DNA of 64,000 nucleotides from an uncultured Planctomycetales bacterium (GTDB lineage: Bacteria; Omnitrophota; Gorgyraeia; Gygaellales; Profunditerraquicolaceae). Shown piece by piece: positions 31,058-42,217 of this stretch. Below the pieces are notes generated by a model. It saw nothing but the letters and a program-made list of their open reading frames with translations, searched no databases and was not told the origin of the DNA. Position 1 is the first letter of the stretch. Every line of letters begins with the position of its first letter. A program made the position numbers and the translations under genes. Where the stretch lies: NCBI GenBank assembly GCA_964603585.1, contig CAZRVK010000003.1, positions 131,693-195,692 of the forward strand, written 5' to 3'.

Positions 31058-33250
31058 ATGTCTATTAGGCAGAAAGCCCTATTTAACATTAAGAATATTG
31101 ATCTTGTGAAAGTCAACTCCCCTAAGAAGGTCTCGAGTTTCTTTGGCAAAAACACCTTTAGCCTGGAGACCATGCAGAAGCATATTTCTCGAGGGACATT
31201 TGAGGCATTCAAATTATGGATGTCAGAAGGCAAGATCATCTCGATCGATCAGGCTAACGAGATTGCTAACGCAATGAAAGACTGGGCAATTTCTAAAGGA
31301 GCGACTTATTATACCCATTGGTTTCAACCTTTGACCGGGCTTACCGCAGAAAAACACGATAGTTTTATCTGTCTTACTGGCCCCGGCAGGGTAATTGAGA
31401 AATTCTCCGGTTCGAAACTGATCCAGGGAGAGCCGGATGCCTCAAGTTTCCCTTCTGGCGGGATCCGCGCTACTTTTGAAGCCCGCGGTTATACCGCCTG
31501 GGACCCTTCCAGCCCGGCTTTTATCATTGAAAGTAAATTAGGCAACACCTTGTGCATTCCGACGATTTTCATCTCCTATAATGGAGAGGCTTTGGATAAA
31601 AAACTACCTCTTTTACGTTCCGATGAAGCTGTAAACAGGTCGGCGGTCAGGCTGTTACGGTTATTTGGCCACAAAAATGTTAAAAGGGTTATTTCTACCT
31701 GTGGGCCTGAACAGGAGTATTTCCTGATCGATAAGAATTATTATAATCTGCGCCAGGATCTGGTGATGTCAGGGCGCACTTTGGTTGGGGCATCCTCTCC
31801 CAAGGGGCAGCAGCTGGAGGACCAGTATTTCGGCACTATTAAAGAAAGGGTCGTAAATTTTATGTTCGAGGTGGCAGAGGAAGCATATAAATTGGGGATC
31901 CCGGTAATGACACGTCATAATGAGGTTGCCCCGCACCAGTATGAATTCGCTCCTATCTTCGAAGAATCGAACCTTGCTGCCGACCACAATCAGTTATTGA
32001 TGGATTTAATGAAAAAAGTGGCGCTTAGGCATAATTTAGTTTGCCTTTTACATGAAAAGCCGTTTGCCGGCATAAACGGCAGCGGTAAGCACCTGAATTG
32101 GTCTTTGGCCGATGATAAGGGGAATAACTTGTTGAATCCGGGGGAAACCCCTGAAGATAACCTTCAGTTCCTGACGGTGTTAGTGGCGGTTTTAAGAGCG
32201 GTGTATCTCCACTCTGATCTTTTGCGCGCAAGTGTGGCTTTGGCCGGGAATGAGCATCGTCTGGGCGCCAATGAAGCCCCTCCGGCGATTATCAGCGTGT
32301 TTCTGGGGGAACAGTTGAATATGATCCTGGATATGATCGAAAAGGGAGTAAAACAAAAAGTTTCTAAGCGTGATATCATTGATCTGGGGATTGCCTGTCT
32401 TCCCCGTTTCAATAAGGATACGACTGATCGCAACCGCACTTCACCTTTTGCATTCACCGGGGCTAAGTTCGAGTTTCGTGCTGTTGGTTCATCGCAGAAT
32501 ATTTCCACGCCGATCACGGTAGTCAATACTATCATTGCCGAATCACTGGATTATGTCGCAGATAAGATCTCGGAGGCGGCAGAGAACAAAGATTTTAATA
32601 CAGCGGTCCTGCAGGTGATCGCAAAAATAATCAAAGAGACCAGGGATATCCGTTTTGAAGGGAACAATTATTCCCCTGAATGGGTAAAGGAGGCCAAAAG
32701 AAGGGGGCTTAAAAATGTTGCGGCGACTTACCAGGCATTGGAAGCCTTGACTGAACCGCAGAACATTTCTTTGTTTGAGAAGTATAAGGTGCTCTCCAAA
32801 GCAGAGTTGATTGCGCGGTATCATATCTGGACACATATGTACAACCTGACCCTGGAGATCGAGGCAAACACCTTGATTGAAATGGTCAATGCCTCGATCG
32901 TGCCGGCAGGATATGAATATGAAAAATTGCTCTCTGGGACTTTAGAGCGGCTGGTGGAATTAAAGAAAAAGGCAAGTGTCAAGCTGGATGCCGGAGCATT
33001 GAATGACCGCAAGGCGCATTATTCGGATGTGGTCGCAAAGATTTATTATGTCAGGCGCAATACTAATGCGATGGTGAATCTTCTTGGGCGTGCGGCAAAA
33101 TTGGATAATAAAAAGCGCGCAGAAGTTTATTTTAAGGAACTTAAGCCGTTAATGGAGCATATCCGCCGCCATGTCGATGCCTTGGAATGCGTGGTTTCCG
33201 ATGAACATTGGGATCTGCCGAAATACCGGGAGATATTGTTCATAAAATAA
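31058..33250 (+). CDS. glnN: Glutamine synthetase type III (GlnN)
   Basis: ~730 aa; GSIII N-terminal region and catalytic core (HNEVAPHQYEFAPIFE...EKPFAGINGSGKHLNWSL); AGAGGAGG RBS before the ATG at 31058. Confidence 0.85.
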   Translation: MSIRQKALFNIKNIDLVKVNSPKKVSSFFGKNTFSLETMQKHISRGTFEAFKLWMSEGKIISIDQANEIANAMKDWAISKGATYYTHWFQPLTGLTAEKHDSFICLTGPGRVIEKFSGSKLIQGEPDASSFPSGGIRATFEARGYTAWDPSSPAFIIESKLGNTLCIPTIFISYNGEALDKKLPLLRSDEAVNRSAVRLLRLFGHKNVKRVISTCGPEQEYFLIDKNYYNLRQDLVMSGRTLVGASSPKGQQLEDQYFGTIKERVVNFMFEVAEEAYKLGIPVMTRHNEVAPHQYEFAPIFEESNLAADHNQLLMDLMKKVALRHNLVCLLHEKPFAGINGSGKHLNWSLADDKGNNLLNPGETPEDNLQFLTVLVAVLRAVYLHSDLLRASVALAGNEHRLGANEAPPAIISVFLGEQLNMILDMIEKGVKQKVSKRDIIDLGIACLPRFNKDTTDRNRTSPFAFTGAKFEFRAVGSSQNISTPITVVNTIIAESLDYVADKISEAAENKDFNTAVLQVIAKIIKETRDIRFEGNNYSPEWVKEAKRRGLKNVAATYQALEALTEPQNISLFEKYKVLSKAELIARYHIWTHMYNLTLEIEANTLIEMVNASIVPAGYEYEKLLSGTLERLVELKKKASVKLDAGALNDRKAHYSDVVAKIYYVRRNTNAMVNLLGRAAKLDNKKRAEVYFKELKPLMEHIRRHVDALECVVSDEHWDLPKYREILFIK

Positions 33251-33327
33251 ATATTGACATCAAAACTAAATAAATATAGAATTAATCTCTCAAAGGGAAT
33301 ATGCGGTAAAACTTATTAAGTATGTGA

Positions 33328-33360
33328 CAAAGACGTCCATATCATGTGGATGTCTTTTTG
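33328..33360 (+). terminator. Intrinsic terminator after glnN
   Basis: AAAGACGTCCA / TGGATGTCTTT 11-bp stem (one G-U) plus TTTTT. Confidence 0.6.
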
Positions 33361-33442
33361 TTTATATATGCCTAAATAATGAGCAATCATGGTGTAAAGA
33401 ATAGGCAGGTTCTATTTAGGCCTTAAAGAAAAGTGAGATGGC

Positions 33443-34270
33443 ATGAAAATATTGCATAAAGAGGTTTTAACGGATCACCAGGGAGTAAGCATTGTAAAGA
33501 TCATTGTGCACTCGGTAGATATCGCACGCAAGGCAAAGGCGGGACAGTTTGTTGTTTTGATGGTTAAAGAGGAAGGGGAAAGGATACCTCTTACTGTAGT
33601 TAATGCCGATGCGGAAAAAGGCACGATAACGCTTATTGTGCAGAAAGCAGGGTTGACCACAAAACTCTTATCTGCAATCATGCCTGGGGACAGTTTGTAT
33701 TCCCTTGTTGGGCCACTTGGACATCCTACAGAGATCAAAAATTATGGACGGGTTATACTGGTAGGCGGTGGGGTAGGGATTGCAGAGATCTATCCTGTTG
33801 CCAAGGCGATGAAGGGTGCGGGTAATCATGTAAGCGCTATAATCGGATCGCGGACAAAAGAATTATTGATCCTTGAGAATGAGTTAAAAGAAGTCTCCGA
33901 TGAAGTAATGGTATTGACCGATGACGGTTCTTATGGGCGTAAAGGGTTTGTAACCGAAGCACTCAAAGAATTGCTGGGCAATAAGGGTTATGGTTTGGTT
34001 TATGCTGTAGGCCCTTTACCTATGATGAAGGCGGTTTCCGAAGTAACAAAGCCTTTTGGCGTTCTGACGCTTGTCTCACTTAACGCGATCATGGTCGATG
34101 GGACTGGTATGTGCGGTTGCTGCAGGGTAAGTGTCGGAGGCCAGGTGAAATTCAGCTGTGTCGATGGCCCGGAATTCGATGCCAGCATGGTCAATTGGAG
34201 TGAGCTTCTAAAACGCAACAGTATTTACACTGAAAAAGAAAAGCATGTTTGTCGTCTTAACAATATTTAA
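33443..34270 (+). CDS. NfnA/SudB-like ferredoxin-NADP+ reductase subunit (PyrK-type FAD/NAD domain with C-terminal 2Fe-2S)
   Basis: FNR-like fold, C-terminal MCGCCRVSVGGQVKFSCVDGPEF cluster motif. Confidence 0.75.
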   Translation: MKILHKEVLTDHQGVSIVKIIVHSVDIARKAKAGQFVVLMVKEEGERIPLTVVNADAEKGTITLIVQKAGLTTKLLSAIMPGDSLYSLVGPLGHPTEIKNYGRVILVGGGVGIAEIYPVAKAMKGAGNHVSAIIGSRTKELLILENELKEVSDEVMVLTDDGSYGRKGFVTEALKELLGNKGYGLVYAVGPLPMMKAVSEVTKPFGVLTLVSLNAIMVDGTGMCGCCRVSVGGQVKFSCVDGPEFDASMVNWSELLKRNSIYTEKEKHVCRLNNI

Positions 34271-34280
34271 CTGTTAAATA

Positions 34281-35702
34281 ATGAAAAAAGAGCCGGTAAA
34301 AATCAGGGAAAAAGACAGCCTTTCCAGGGTCAAGAGTTTCGAAGAAGTGGTCGAGGGGTTTTCGGAAACAGAAGCTTTGCAGGAAGCCTGTCGATGTATC
34401 CAGTGCAAGGACCCAAAATGTACTTTAGGATGCCCGGTCGGGATCGATATTAAAACATTCATCGGGCAGATAATAAAGAAAGATTATGATGCGGCGTATG
34501 CTACTATCCGTCAAAAAAACAATTTTCCTTCTATATGCGGGCGGGTATGCCCAGCAGAGTATCAGTGCCGTAAAGCCTGCGTATTTACCAAAAAAGGTGA
34601 GCCGTTTGCTTCTAAAGAAGCGATAAATATCCATTTCTTAGAAAGGTTCATTGGAGATCATGGCGCGGAAAAAGGGCTTCATGTAACAGCCTCCGCTGAT
34701 GCCCGTTGGTCTAAATTCAAAGTGGCTGTTGTGGGATCCGGTCCGGCAGGGCTGTGTTGTGCTGGAGAACTTGCCCGGCGCGGGGTTAAGGTGTCGGTTT
34801 TTGAGGGGTTGCATAAAACCGGAGGGGTGTTGCGCTATGGTATCCCTCCTTTCAGGCTGCCGAGAAATATTCTGGACCTCGAGATCGATTCACTTAAGAA
34901 AGCAGGCGTTGAGATCCAAACTAATTATATCGTTGGCAAGGCAAAAACCCTTGATGAGCTTTTTGCAGAAGGGTTCTCTGCCATTTTCCTTGGACTTGGT
35001 GCCGGTATCCCTTCTTTTCTTGGCATCCCGGGAGAAAACCTTTGCAACATCTATTCTGCGAATGAATTCTTGACCAGGGTAAACCTGATGAACGCGCATA
35101 AATTCCCCGATTACCACACCCCAGTCAGTATCGGTAAGCATATCGTGGTTATCGGTGGAGGCAATACCGCTATGGATTCCGCGCGTGTCGCGATAAGATT
35201 ACAGAATATGTCCGGGATAAAACCTGATACCACCATATTTTACCGCCGATCAGAAGTAGAGATGCCGGCGCGCAGGTTAGAGATAGAGCATGCCAGGGAT
35301 GAAGGGGTAAAATTCGAACTTCTGGTGAAACCCGAAGAATTCATCGGCCAAGATTCGGGGTGCGTAAGCAAAATACGTTCATCACGCTGTGAGCTTGGGG
35401 AACCGGATAGTAGCGGACGGCGCAGGCCCGTGGTTATTTCGGGCAGTTCTTTTGATGCCGACTGCGACCTGGCGGTTATCGCCGTAGGTTTAGGCGCCAA
35501 TAAGATACTTACCAGCGTTACTCCGGGGCTTAATGTGGATAAATACGGGGATGTGATTGTGGATCCAAAAACCGCAGAGACCTCGATTAAAGGGGTGTTT
35601 GCCGGCGGGGATATTGTAGGCGGTGAAGGAACGGTAATTGAGGCAATGGGTATGGCAAAGAAAGCCGCTTCAGCAATCATTGATTATTTGTCGGGTTTAT
35701 AA
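34281..35702 (+). CDS. NfnB/SudA/GltD-like NADPH-dependent oxidoreductase (glutamate synthase small-subunit family)
   Basis: N-terminal 2x[4Fe-4S] Cys motifs (CIQCKDPKCTLGCP; CGRVCPAEYQCRKAC) followed by a FAD/NAD(P) Rossmann domain (VAVVGSGPAGL). Confidence 0.8.
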   Translation: MKKEPVKIREKDSLSRVKSFEEVVEGFSETEALQEACRCIQCKDPKCTLGCPVGIDIKTFIGQIIKKDYDAAYATIRQKNNFPSICGRVCPAEYQCRKACVFTKKGEPFASKEAINIHFLERFIGDHGAEKGLHVTASADARWSKFKVAVVGSGPAGLCCAGELARRGVKVSVFEGLHKTGGVLRYGIPPFRLPRNILDLEIDSLKKAGVEIQTNYIVGKAKTLDELFAEGFSAIFLGLGAGIPSFLGIPGENLCNIYSANEFLTRVNLMNAHKFPDYHTPVSIGKHIVVIGGGNTAMDSARVAIRLQNMSGIKPDTTIFYRRSEVEMPARRLEIEHARDEGVKFELLVKPEEFIGQDSGCVSKIRSSRCELGEPDSSGRRRPVVISGSSFDADCDLAVIAVGLGANKILTSVTPGLNVDKYGDVIVDPKTAETSIKGVFAGGDIVGGEGTVIEAMGMAKKAASAIIDYLSGL

Positions 35703-35740
35703 AGATCATTTCGGGAATGTTTCCATTCATTAGTGTATAA

Positions 35741-37096
<1,356 letters not shown>

Positions 37097-37201
37097 GGAT
37101 CAGGCCGGCCAATCTATGCCGAGAGACTTTCCGAATAAAACCTTTTTTCAGCCAATTACAAAAGGTATTTTGGCGTTTCGCTATCTTTGTCCAATTTGTA
37201 A

Positions 37202-37229
37202 TTGACAATTCCTGGTTTAGCTGTAAAAT
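37202..37229 (+). promoter_or_regulatory. Sigma70-like promoter TTGACA-16-TAAAAT upstream of the PilZ gene
   Basis: Hexamers read directly at 37202-37207 and 37224-37229. Confidence 0.4.
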
Positions 37230-37313
37230 AAATTCACTTATTGGTTTTCTTGTGCTCCAGATCAATTATATAATATAAGTACGTGTAATTACTTTATTCA
37301 AGGATTACGCTAA

Positions 37314-37715
37314 ATGGATAATTTACAATATCCTGGCCGTGACCGCCGTAAATCACCGCGTTTAAGGGTCCGCCTTGCTGTAGTTTATCAAATCAACAAA
37401 CCTTTAAATGTGCGCATGCAGATAGGCGACCGGGAGTTTGTTGCAACCACCCTGGATTTGAGTGAGGGCGGGATTGCTATCTCGACAAATTATGATATTG
37501 CTGTTCAGACGGACCTTTTGATAAAGCTCACTCTTTTTAAGGTTGATAATGAGAATAAAGTTACTTTTTACGGCCCCATGGAGATCATAGGTGAGGTGCG
37601 CTCAAATACCCTGCAGGAAAATAAAGAATATCGCCTGGGAATCTCCTTTACCAGCATAGAAGAGAATGATAAGGCAGAACTCATCAAATTCCTAAACACA
37701 GCTTTTAATAAATAA
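37314..37715 (+). CDS. PilZ-domain (c-di-GMP binding) protein
   Basis: RRKSPR (RxxxR) and DLSEGGIAIS (DxSxGG) motifs. Confidence 0.7.
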   Translation: MDNLQYPGRDRRKSPRLRVRLAVVYQINKPLNVRMQIGDREFVATTLDLSEGGIAISTNYDIAVQTDLLIKLTLFKVDNENKVTFYGPMEIIGEVRSNTLQENKEYRLGISFTSIEENDKAELIKFLNTAFNK

Positions 37716-37790
37716 TAAGCACGGTTTTCAGAAAGCAACTTTTGCGCCTAAGAGAAGTTGTTTTTTTATTTCTAACCGCAAGACTGTCCA

Positions 37791-38270
37791 GTGGATAATA
37801 AATCAGATAAAAAGTTCATGCGCCTGGCGCTTCAAGAGGCACGGAAAAACCTCAATAATCCGGAAGGCGGGCCTTTTGGCGCTTGTATTGTTAAAGATGG
37901 CGCAGTCGTTGCCTTAGCGCGGAACAAGGTATTAATATCCGATGCTACCGCGCATGCGGAAGTAAACGCTATTCGTATCGCTTCTAAGAGGCTGAAAGGG
38001 TTTGATTTAAGCGGATGCACTATTTATTCTACTACGGAACCCTGCCCGATGTGTTTTAGTGCTATTCACTGGGCAAGGATCGAGAAGATCATTTATGGCA
38101 CGGATATCGCCGATGCCAAGAATATAGGTTTTAATGAGTTAAGTATTTCAAGCGCCAAAATGAAGAAGCTGGGCAGAAGCAGGATCATTATCGTAAAAGG
38201 CTTCCTTCTTGAGGAATGCCGGGCTTTGTTTGCGGATTGGTATAAACTGAAAAATAAAACCTGGTATTAA
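37791..38270 (+). CDS. Nucleoside deaminase, TadA/GuaD (CDA-fold) family
   Basis: HAEVNAI and PCPMC zinc-binding motifs; 159 aa. Confidence 0.75.
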   Translation: MDNKSDKKFMRLALQEARKNLNNPEGGPFGACIVKDGAVVALARNKVLISDATAHAEVNAIRIASKRLKGFDLSGCTIYSTTEPCPMCFSAIHWARIEKIIYGTDIADAKNIGFNELSISSAKMKKLGRSRIIIVKGFLLEECRALFADWYKLKNKTWY

Positions 38271-38399
38271 AAAACATTTCCAAATCGAGATCCCCGGATT
38301 TTGTGCCGGCTGTAACCTCAAACTTAAAAAAACGTTGTCATTATCCTTACTTATGATAATATACTAATTGGATCCAGTTTTTACACGGGGAGAGTATAT

Positions 38400-39407
38400 A
38401 TGACGGGCAGGTTGATCGGTAAAATATCGTTTATTTCTTTCGTTTTCCTTTTTGGATTATCTTTCTATAGCCCGGTAAAAGCCGGGGATATTGATAAAGA
38501 GCAGGCCATAAATGAAGCACTTCTTTTAGCGCAGGCGGCGCCTGTAGATGCTCTGCCTAAAAGCGATCCGCAAACTGCTTATCGTGAAAAACTGGATATT
38601 GTGATCAGTAAAGAGAAAGATGCAGAGGAATTCCATCATCAGGTGGATTCCTTTTACCGTTATATGCCCTATCGTTCTTTAGAGGTCCAGCCGGGAGAGA
38701 TCGCGATTACCCAGGCGGAGTCAGAATATGCGTATGACTTTAAAGCGTTTGGGCAGTTGCCGATAGAATTTTCTTTCAGTACCCAATATTTTAATATCGC
38801 AGAAAAAAATGTTGCGCCTACTTTACCTGCACAATTAACCGGGCTTTCTGCCGGGGTAGAGACCACACTTCCTTTTTTTAACCTGGATAATACATATTTT
38901 CGCCTGAAGGTAATGCCTTCTTTTTATTCTAATGACTGGTCAGCACGTTCTTCGGCATTCCGCATCCCGGTCAATTCGTTTTTAATTTATCAGCCTAATG
39001 ATAAATGGACTTTTATCGCGGGGACAGCATTGCGTCCGGATTTTGAGGATGTAGTTTTTCCGATTGCCGGTTTTATTTATAAGCCCGATAATAAATGGAC
39101 CTTTAATATCATTCCGGATCGGCCGAATATTTGCTACGCCTTTAGTGACCGTTTTAGCGTGTTTGCCGAAGCGGATATGACCTATGCCGAGTTTGAAGTA
39201 AATAAAGACGAATTAAAAGGCGCAATATTAAAATACAATGAAAATCATTTTGGCGGCGGGGTAAAAGTGAAGTTCAATAAATATGTCGAGGCTTCGCTTT
39301 CTTCGGGTTATATGTGCAATCGTTATTTAAGGTATACTGACAGCCAGGGCAAGGTTGATCTTAAAGATGATATTTATTCGGAGTTCAGGATGGAGGTAAG
39401 GATGTAA
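38400..39407 (+). CDS. Secreted hypothetical protein, possibly outer-membrane beta-barrel
   Basis: Signal peptide; alternating hydrophobic beta-like pattern; no recognised family. Confidence 0.45.
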   Translation: MTGRLIGKISFISFVFLFGLSFYSPVKAGDIDKEQAINEALLLAQAAPVDALPKSDPQTAYREKLDIVISKEKDAEEFHHQVDSFYRYMPYRSLEVQPGEIAITQAESEYAYDFKAFGQLPIEFSFSTQYFNIAEKNVAPTLPAQLTGLSAGVETTLPFFNLDNTYFRLKVMPSFYSNDWSARSSAFRIPVNSFLIYQPNDKWTFIAGTALRPDFEDVVFPIAGFIYKPDNKWTFNIIPDRPNICYAFSDRFSVFAEADMTYAEFEVNKDELKGAILKYNENHFGGGVKVKFNKYVEASLSSGYMCNRYLRYTDSQGKVDLKDDIYSEFRMEVRM

Positions 39408-39408
39408 A

Positions 39409-39801
39409 ATGGCTGACCTGACAAAGAAGAAGATACTGGTTGTTGATGATGAGGAAGAAGCGCTTCTCCATCTGACGCATATCCTGCAGCGCGCAAACTA
39501 TGAGGTTTTTTCTGCTACCCGGGGATCCGAGGCGCTTAATTCAGTCCGGATGAATCTTCCGGACTTGGTGATCCTGGACGTGGTATTGCCGGATATGGAA
39601 GGAGGGGATGTTGCCTCAACCCTGGCACAAGGAACTGCTACCCGGGATATCCCGATCATCTTTCTTTCCGGAGTGATCATGGAAAAAGGGGAATCGATCC
39701 TTGGGCAGAAGACCGGGAAGCATTATATCATGGCTAAACCTACCACTCCGGATGAGATCCTGGTAATGGTTAAGAAGGTTTTTGATGAAATTAAACCTTA
39801 A
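39409..39801 (+). CDS. Single-domain response regulator (REC/CheY-like)
   Basis: KKILVVDDEEE...DLVILDVVLPDMEGGDV phospho-acceptor pocket; 130 aa, no output domain. Confidence 0.8.
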   Translation: MADLTKKKILVVDDEEEALLHLTHILQRANYEVFSATRGSEALNSVRMNLPDLVILDVVLPDMEGGDVASTLAQGTATRDIPIIFLSGVIMEKGESILGQKTGKHYIMAKPTTPDEILVMVKKVFDEIKP

Positions 39802-39843
39802 GGTTTATTGGCCCCTGTTTGATCAAACGGATTAAAGAGTGGT

Positions 39844-40281
39844 TTGACGATGCGTTTATATAGCCCGGCATTTAAAAATAACGGGTTTATCCCGGAAAAG
39901 TTTACTTGTAAGGGAGAAGGAATAAATCCAGCTCTTGAAATACAGAATATCCCCGGCAATGCCCAAAGCCTGGCTTTGATCGTTGATGACCCGGATGCAC
40001 CGGGCGGGACTTTTGTGCATTGGGTAGTTTTTAATATCCCGCTCATTCAGCATATAGAAGAAAACACTGTCCCGGGTGACCTTGGCCTTAATCATGGCGG
40101 AGGTAAGGATTATGTCAGCCCTTGTCCGCCATCAGGAACGCACCGGTATTTTTTTAAGGTGTACGCACTTGACACAAAGTTTGACCTCGGAGAGGTCGTT
40201 ACTAAGAAAGAATTAGAAAAAGCCATTTCCGGACATATTTTGGATAAGGCTGAATTGATCGGGTTATGTAAGATCAATTGA
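39844..40281 (+). CDS. PEBP (YbhB/YbcL) family protein
   Basis: DDPDAPGGTFVHWVVFNIP motif characteristic of bacterial PEBP/RKIP-like proteins. Confidence 0.8.
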   Translation: MTMRLYSPAFKNNGFIPEKFTCKGEGINPALEIQNIPGNAQSLALIVDDPDAPGGTFVHWVVFNIPLIQHIEENTVPGDLGLNHGGGKDYVSPCPPSGTHRYFFKVYALDTKFDLGEVVTKKELEKAISGHILDKAELIGLCKIN

Positions 40282-40387
40282 ATAGAAGATCACAGCTTCT
40301 ACTATAGTTTTTTCCTGAACTTATCCGCAACAATATTACATTCATTGTTTTTTCTTAATTAGTTTGTTCTTGGAGATACTGTTTATT

Positions 40388-41968
40388 ATGACTAAACCAG
40401 CAGTAATTTTCTCTGTTTTGTTATTTGCCCTGGGCTCATTTTTTATCCCTTCCTGTTTGTTTGCCAATAATCTTTCTGTGTCCAATGTTATACTTACCTC
40501 ACAAGATACAGGCGCCAATACTGTCAAAGTACAATTCAATATTTCTTGGGCTAATTCCTGGAGGGATGCTGCAAATTACGATGCCGCCTGGGTATTTGCC
40601 AAATATACGACCGATGGAACGACTTGGAAACACTTGACTTTAAAGAGTTCAGGGACTAATCCTACGGGATTCGTTACCGGAAGCGGCACATCGATACAGA
40701 TCGTGGTGCCAACTGACAAGAAGGGATGTTTTATCCAGCGTTCCGGCAATGGCACAGGCACTTTGACTACCACCGGTATAAACCTGGTTTGGGATTATGG
40801 CACTGACGGATTAGGAGACAGCGATATATTTACTGCGAATATGCGCCTGAAGGTATTTGCGATCGAGATGGTATATATCCCGGCGGCCAGTTTTTATATC
40901 GGAGATGGCAATGGGACAAGTGAATCTTCTTATGCATTTCATAGCGGTACCAGCAACTCTGCGGCATTGATCGGTACGTCTTTAACCAGGAATATAAGAG
41001 TTGATCCCGGCAATGATGACGCTCAAATCACCAGCACCGGAGCGGGTTTTGGGATAGGTATAGGCGGGTCTGGAGTATGGTCGGGGCTGGATACAAATAA
41101 TGACGGCACGATCGACAATGCCAGTTTTCCTGCGGGATACAACCCATTTTACATTATGAAGTATGAATTAACCGAAGGCCAGTGGGTGGATTTTTTTAAT
41201 CTCCTTACTACGTCCCAGAAATCCGCGCACGATCTAACCGGGACCAGTGGAAAGAACAGCCAATCTGTATCTAACCGCAACACTGTCGCTTGGTCTGGGA
41301 GCGGGGATGCGACCACTACTCGTCCTGAACGGGCATGCAGTTATCTTACCTGGCAGAATGTTTGCGCTTATGCGGATTGGGCGGGCCTGCGGCCAATGAC
41401 GGAGTTAGAGTTTGAAAAAGCTGCCAGAGGTACAACTGCGCCTGTTTTAAATGAGTATGCCTGGGGTACTAGCGGAGTAACTCAAGCCGCTACGATTTCC
41501 GGAACGGAAGACGGTACTGAAATAATTACTAACTCTGGAGCTAACGCTAATGTTTTAGCTCCTGTTTTTACTGGAGGGGATGGCAGCCAAGGGCCTTTAC
41601 GTTCGGGGATTTTTGCTACCGGAAGTTCTACGCGTACGCAAGCTGGAGCTGGATATTATGGGGCGATGGAGTTATCCGGCAATGTCTTTGAACGAGCAGT
41701 AAGTGTTGGTAATTCCTCTGGACGTTCATTTGAAGGGACTTTAGGAGATGGCAGTTTAACTGGTGCAGGGTATGCCAGTAATAGCGATTGGCCCGGGTAT
41801 GTCAGCGGCAGCGGGGTTAGTAATAGCAATGCAGGCGGTGGTTTTCGTGGCGGAGGTTGGTCGGCTGCTGCTATGTTTTCCTATACTTCTGGGCGCAATT
41901 ATGCGTCTAAAACTTCTTCAGTATCTAATACTTTTGACGGAGGAAGGCTTGTCAGGACATCCCCATAA
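40388..41968 (+). CDS. Secreted protein with N-terminal unknown domain and C-terminal FGE/SUMF1-type (sulfatase-modifying-factor-like) domain
   Basis: Signal peptide; MVYIPAASFYIGDG and CAYADWAGLRPMTELEFEKAARG resemble the FGE-sulfatase domain; Gly/Ser/Thr-rich linkers. Confidence 0.55.
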   Translation: MTKPAVIFSVLLFALGSFFIPSCLFANNLSVSNVILTSQDTGANTVKVQFNISWANSWRDAANYDAAWVFAKYTTDGTTWKHLTLKSSGTNPTGFVTGSGTSIQIVVPTDKKGCFIQRSGNGTGTLTTTGINLVWDYGTDGLGDSDIFTANMRLKVFAIEMVYIPAASFYIGDGNGTSESSYAFHSGTSNSAALIGTSLTRNIRVDPGNDDAQITSTGAGFGIGIGGSGVWSGLDTNNDGTIDNASFPAGYNPFYIMKYELTEGQWVDFFNLLTTSQKSAHDLTGTSGKNSQSVSNRNTVAWSGSGDATTTRPERACSYLTWQNVCAYADWAGLRPMTELEFEKAARGTTAPVLNEYAWGTSGVTQAATISGTEDGTEIITNSGANANVLAPVFTGGDGSQGPLRSGIFATGSSTRTQAGAGYYGAMELSGNVFERAVSVGNSSGRSFEGTLGDGSLTGAGYASNSDWPGYVSGSGVSNSNAGGGFRGGGWSAAAMFSYTSGRNYASKTSSVSNTFDGGRLVRTSP

Positions 41969-41971
41969 ATC

Positions 41972-42062
41972 AAATAAAGGGGACGTTTCTATTTTTTCAT
42001 CGCTCTTCAATTCAAGAAAAAATAGAAACGTCCCCTTTATTTGAAACGTCCCCTTTATTTGT
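41972..42062 (+). terminator. Long intrinsic terminator with tandemly duplicated 3' arm
   Basis: AAAGGGGACGTTTCTATTTTTT...GAAAAAATAGAAACGTCCCCTTTATTTG hairpin; the 18-nt unit GAAACGTCCCCTTTATTT occurs twice in tandem. Confidence 0.6.
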
Positions 42063-42095
42063 TTGCCTTTATTTGGTTTCCTTTAGTAAAATTAT

Positions 42096-42206
42096 TTGAC
42101 ATTCGTTTAAAATCTGGTATATTTAGTTCGTGGTTCGATGCGGATCCATGAAATTAAACAATGGCGTTTTAGAGGACGGAGTTTCTATCCCTAAAACGCT
42201 TTTTTT
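42096..42206 (+). promoter_or_regulatory. pyrG leader: promoter TTGACA-16-TATATT followed by an intrinsic terminator ending 12 nt before the pyrG start
   Basis: TTGACA 42096-42101, TATATT 42118-42123; hairpin GGCGTTTTAG(42163-42172)/CTAAAACGC(42191-42199) plus T7 (42200-42206); no Shine-Dalgarno before the ATG at 42218. Confidence 0.5.
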
Positions 42207-42217
42207 ATTTAAATACC

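Noticed and set aside
42035-42062. Tandem GAAACGTCCCCTTTATTT duplication, considered as a possible att/insertion scar
   Set aside because: More simply explained as a duplicated 3' arm of the terminator hairpin; no flanking mobile-element genes.
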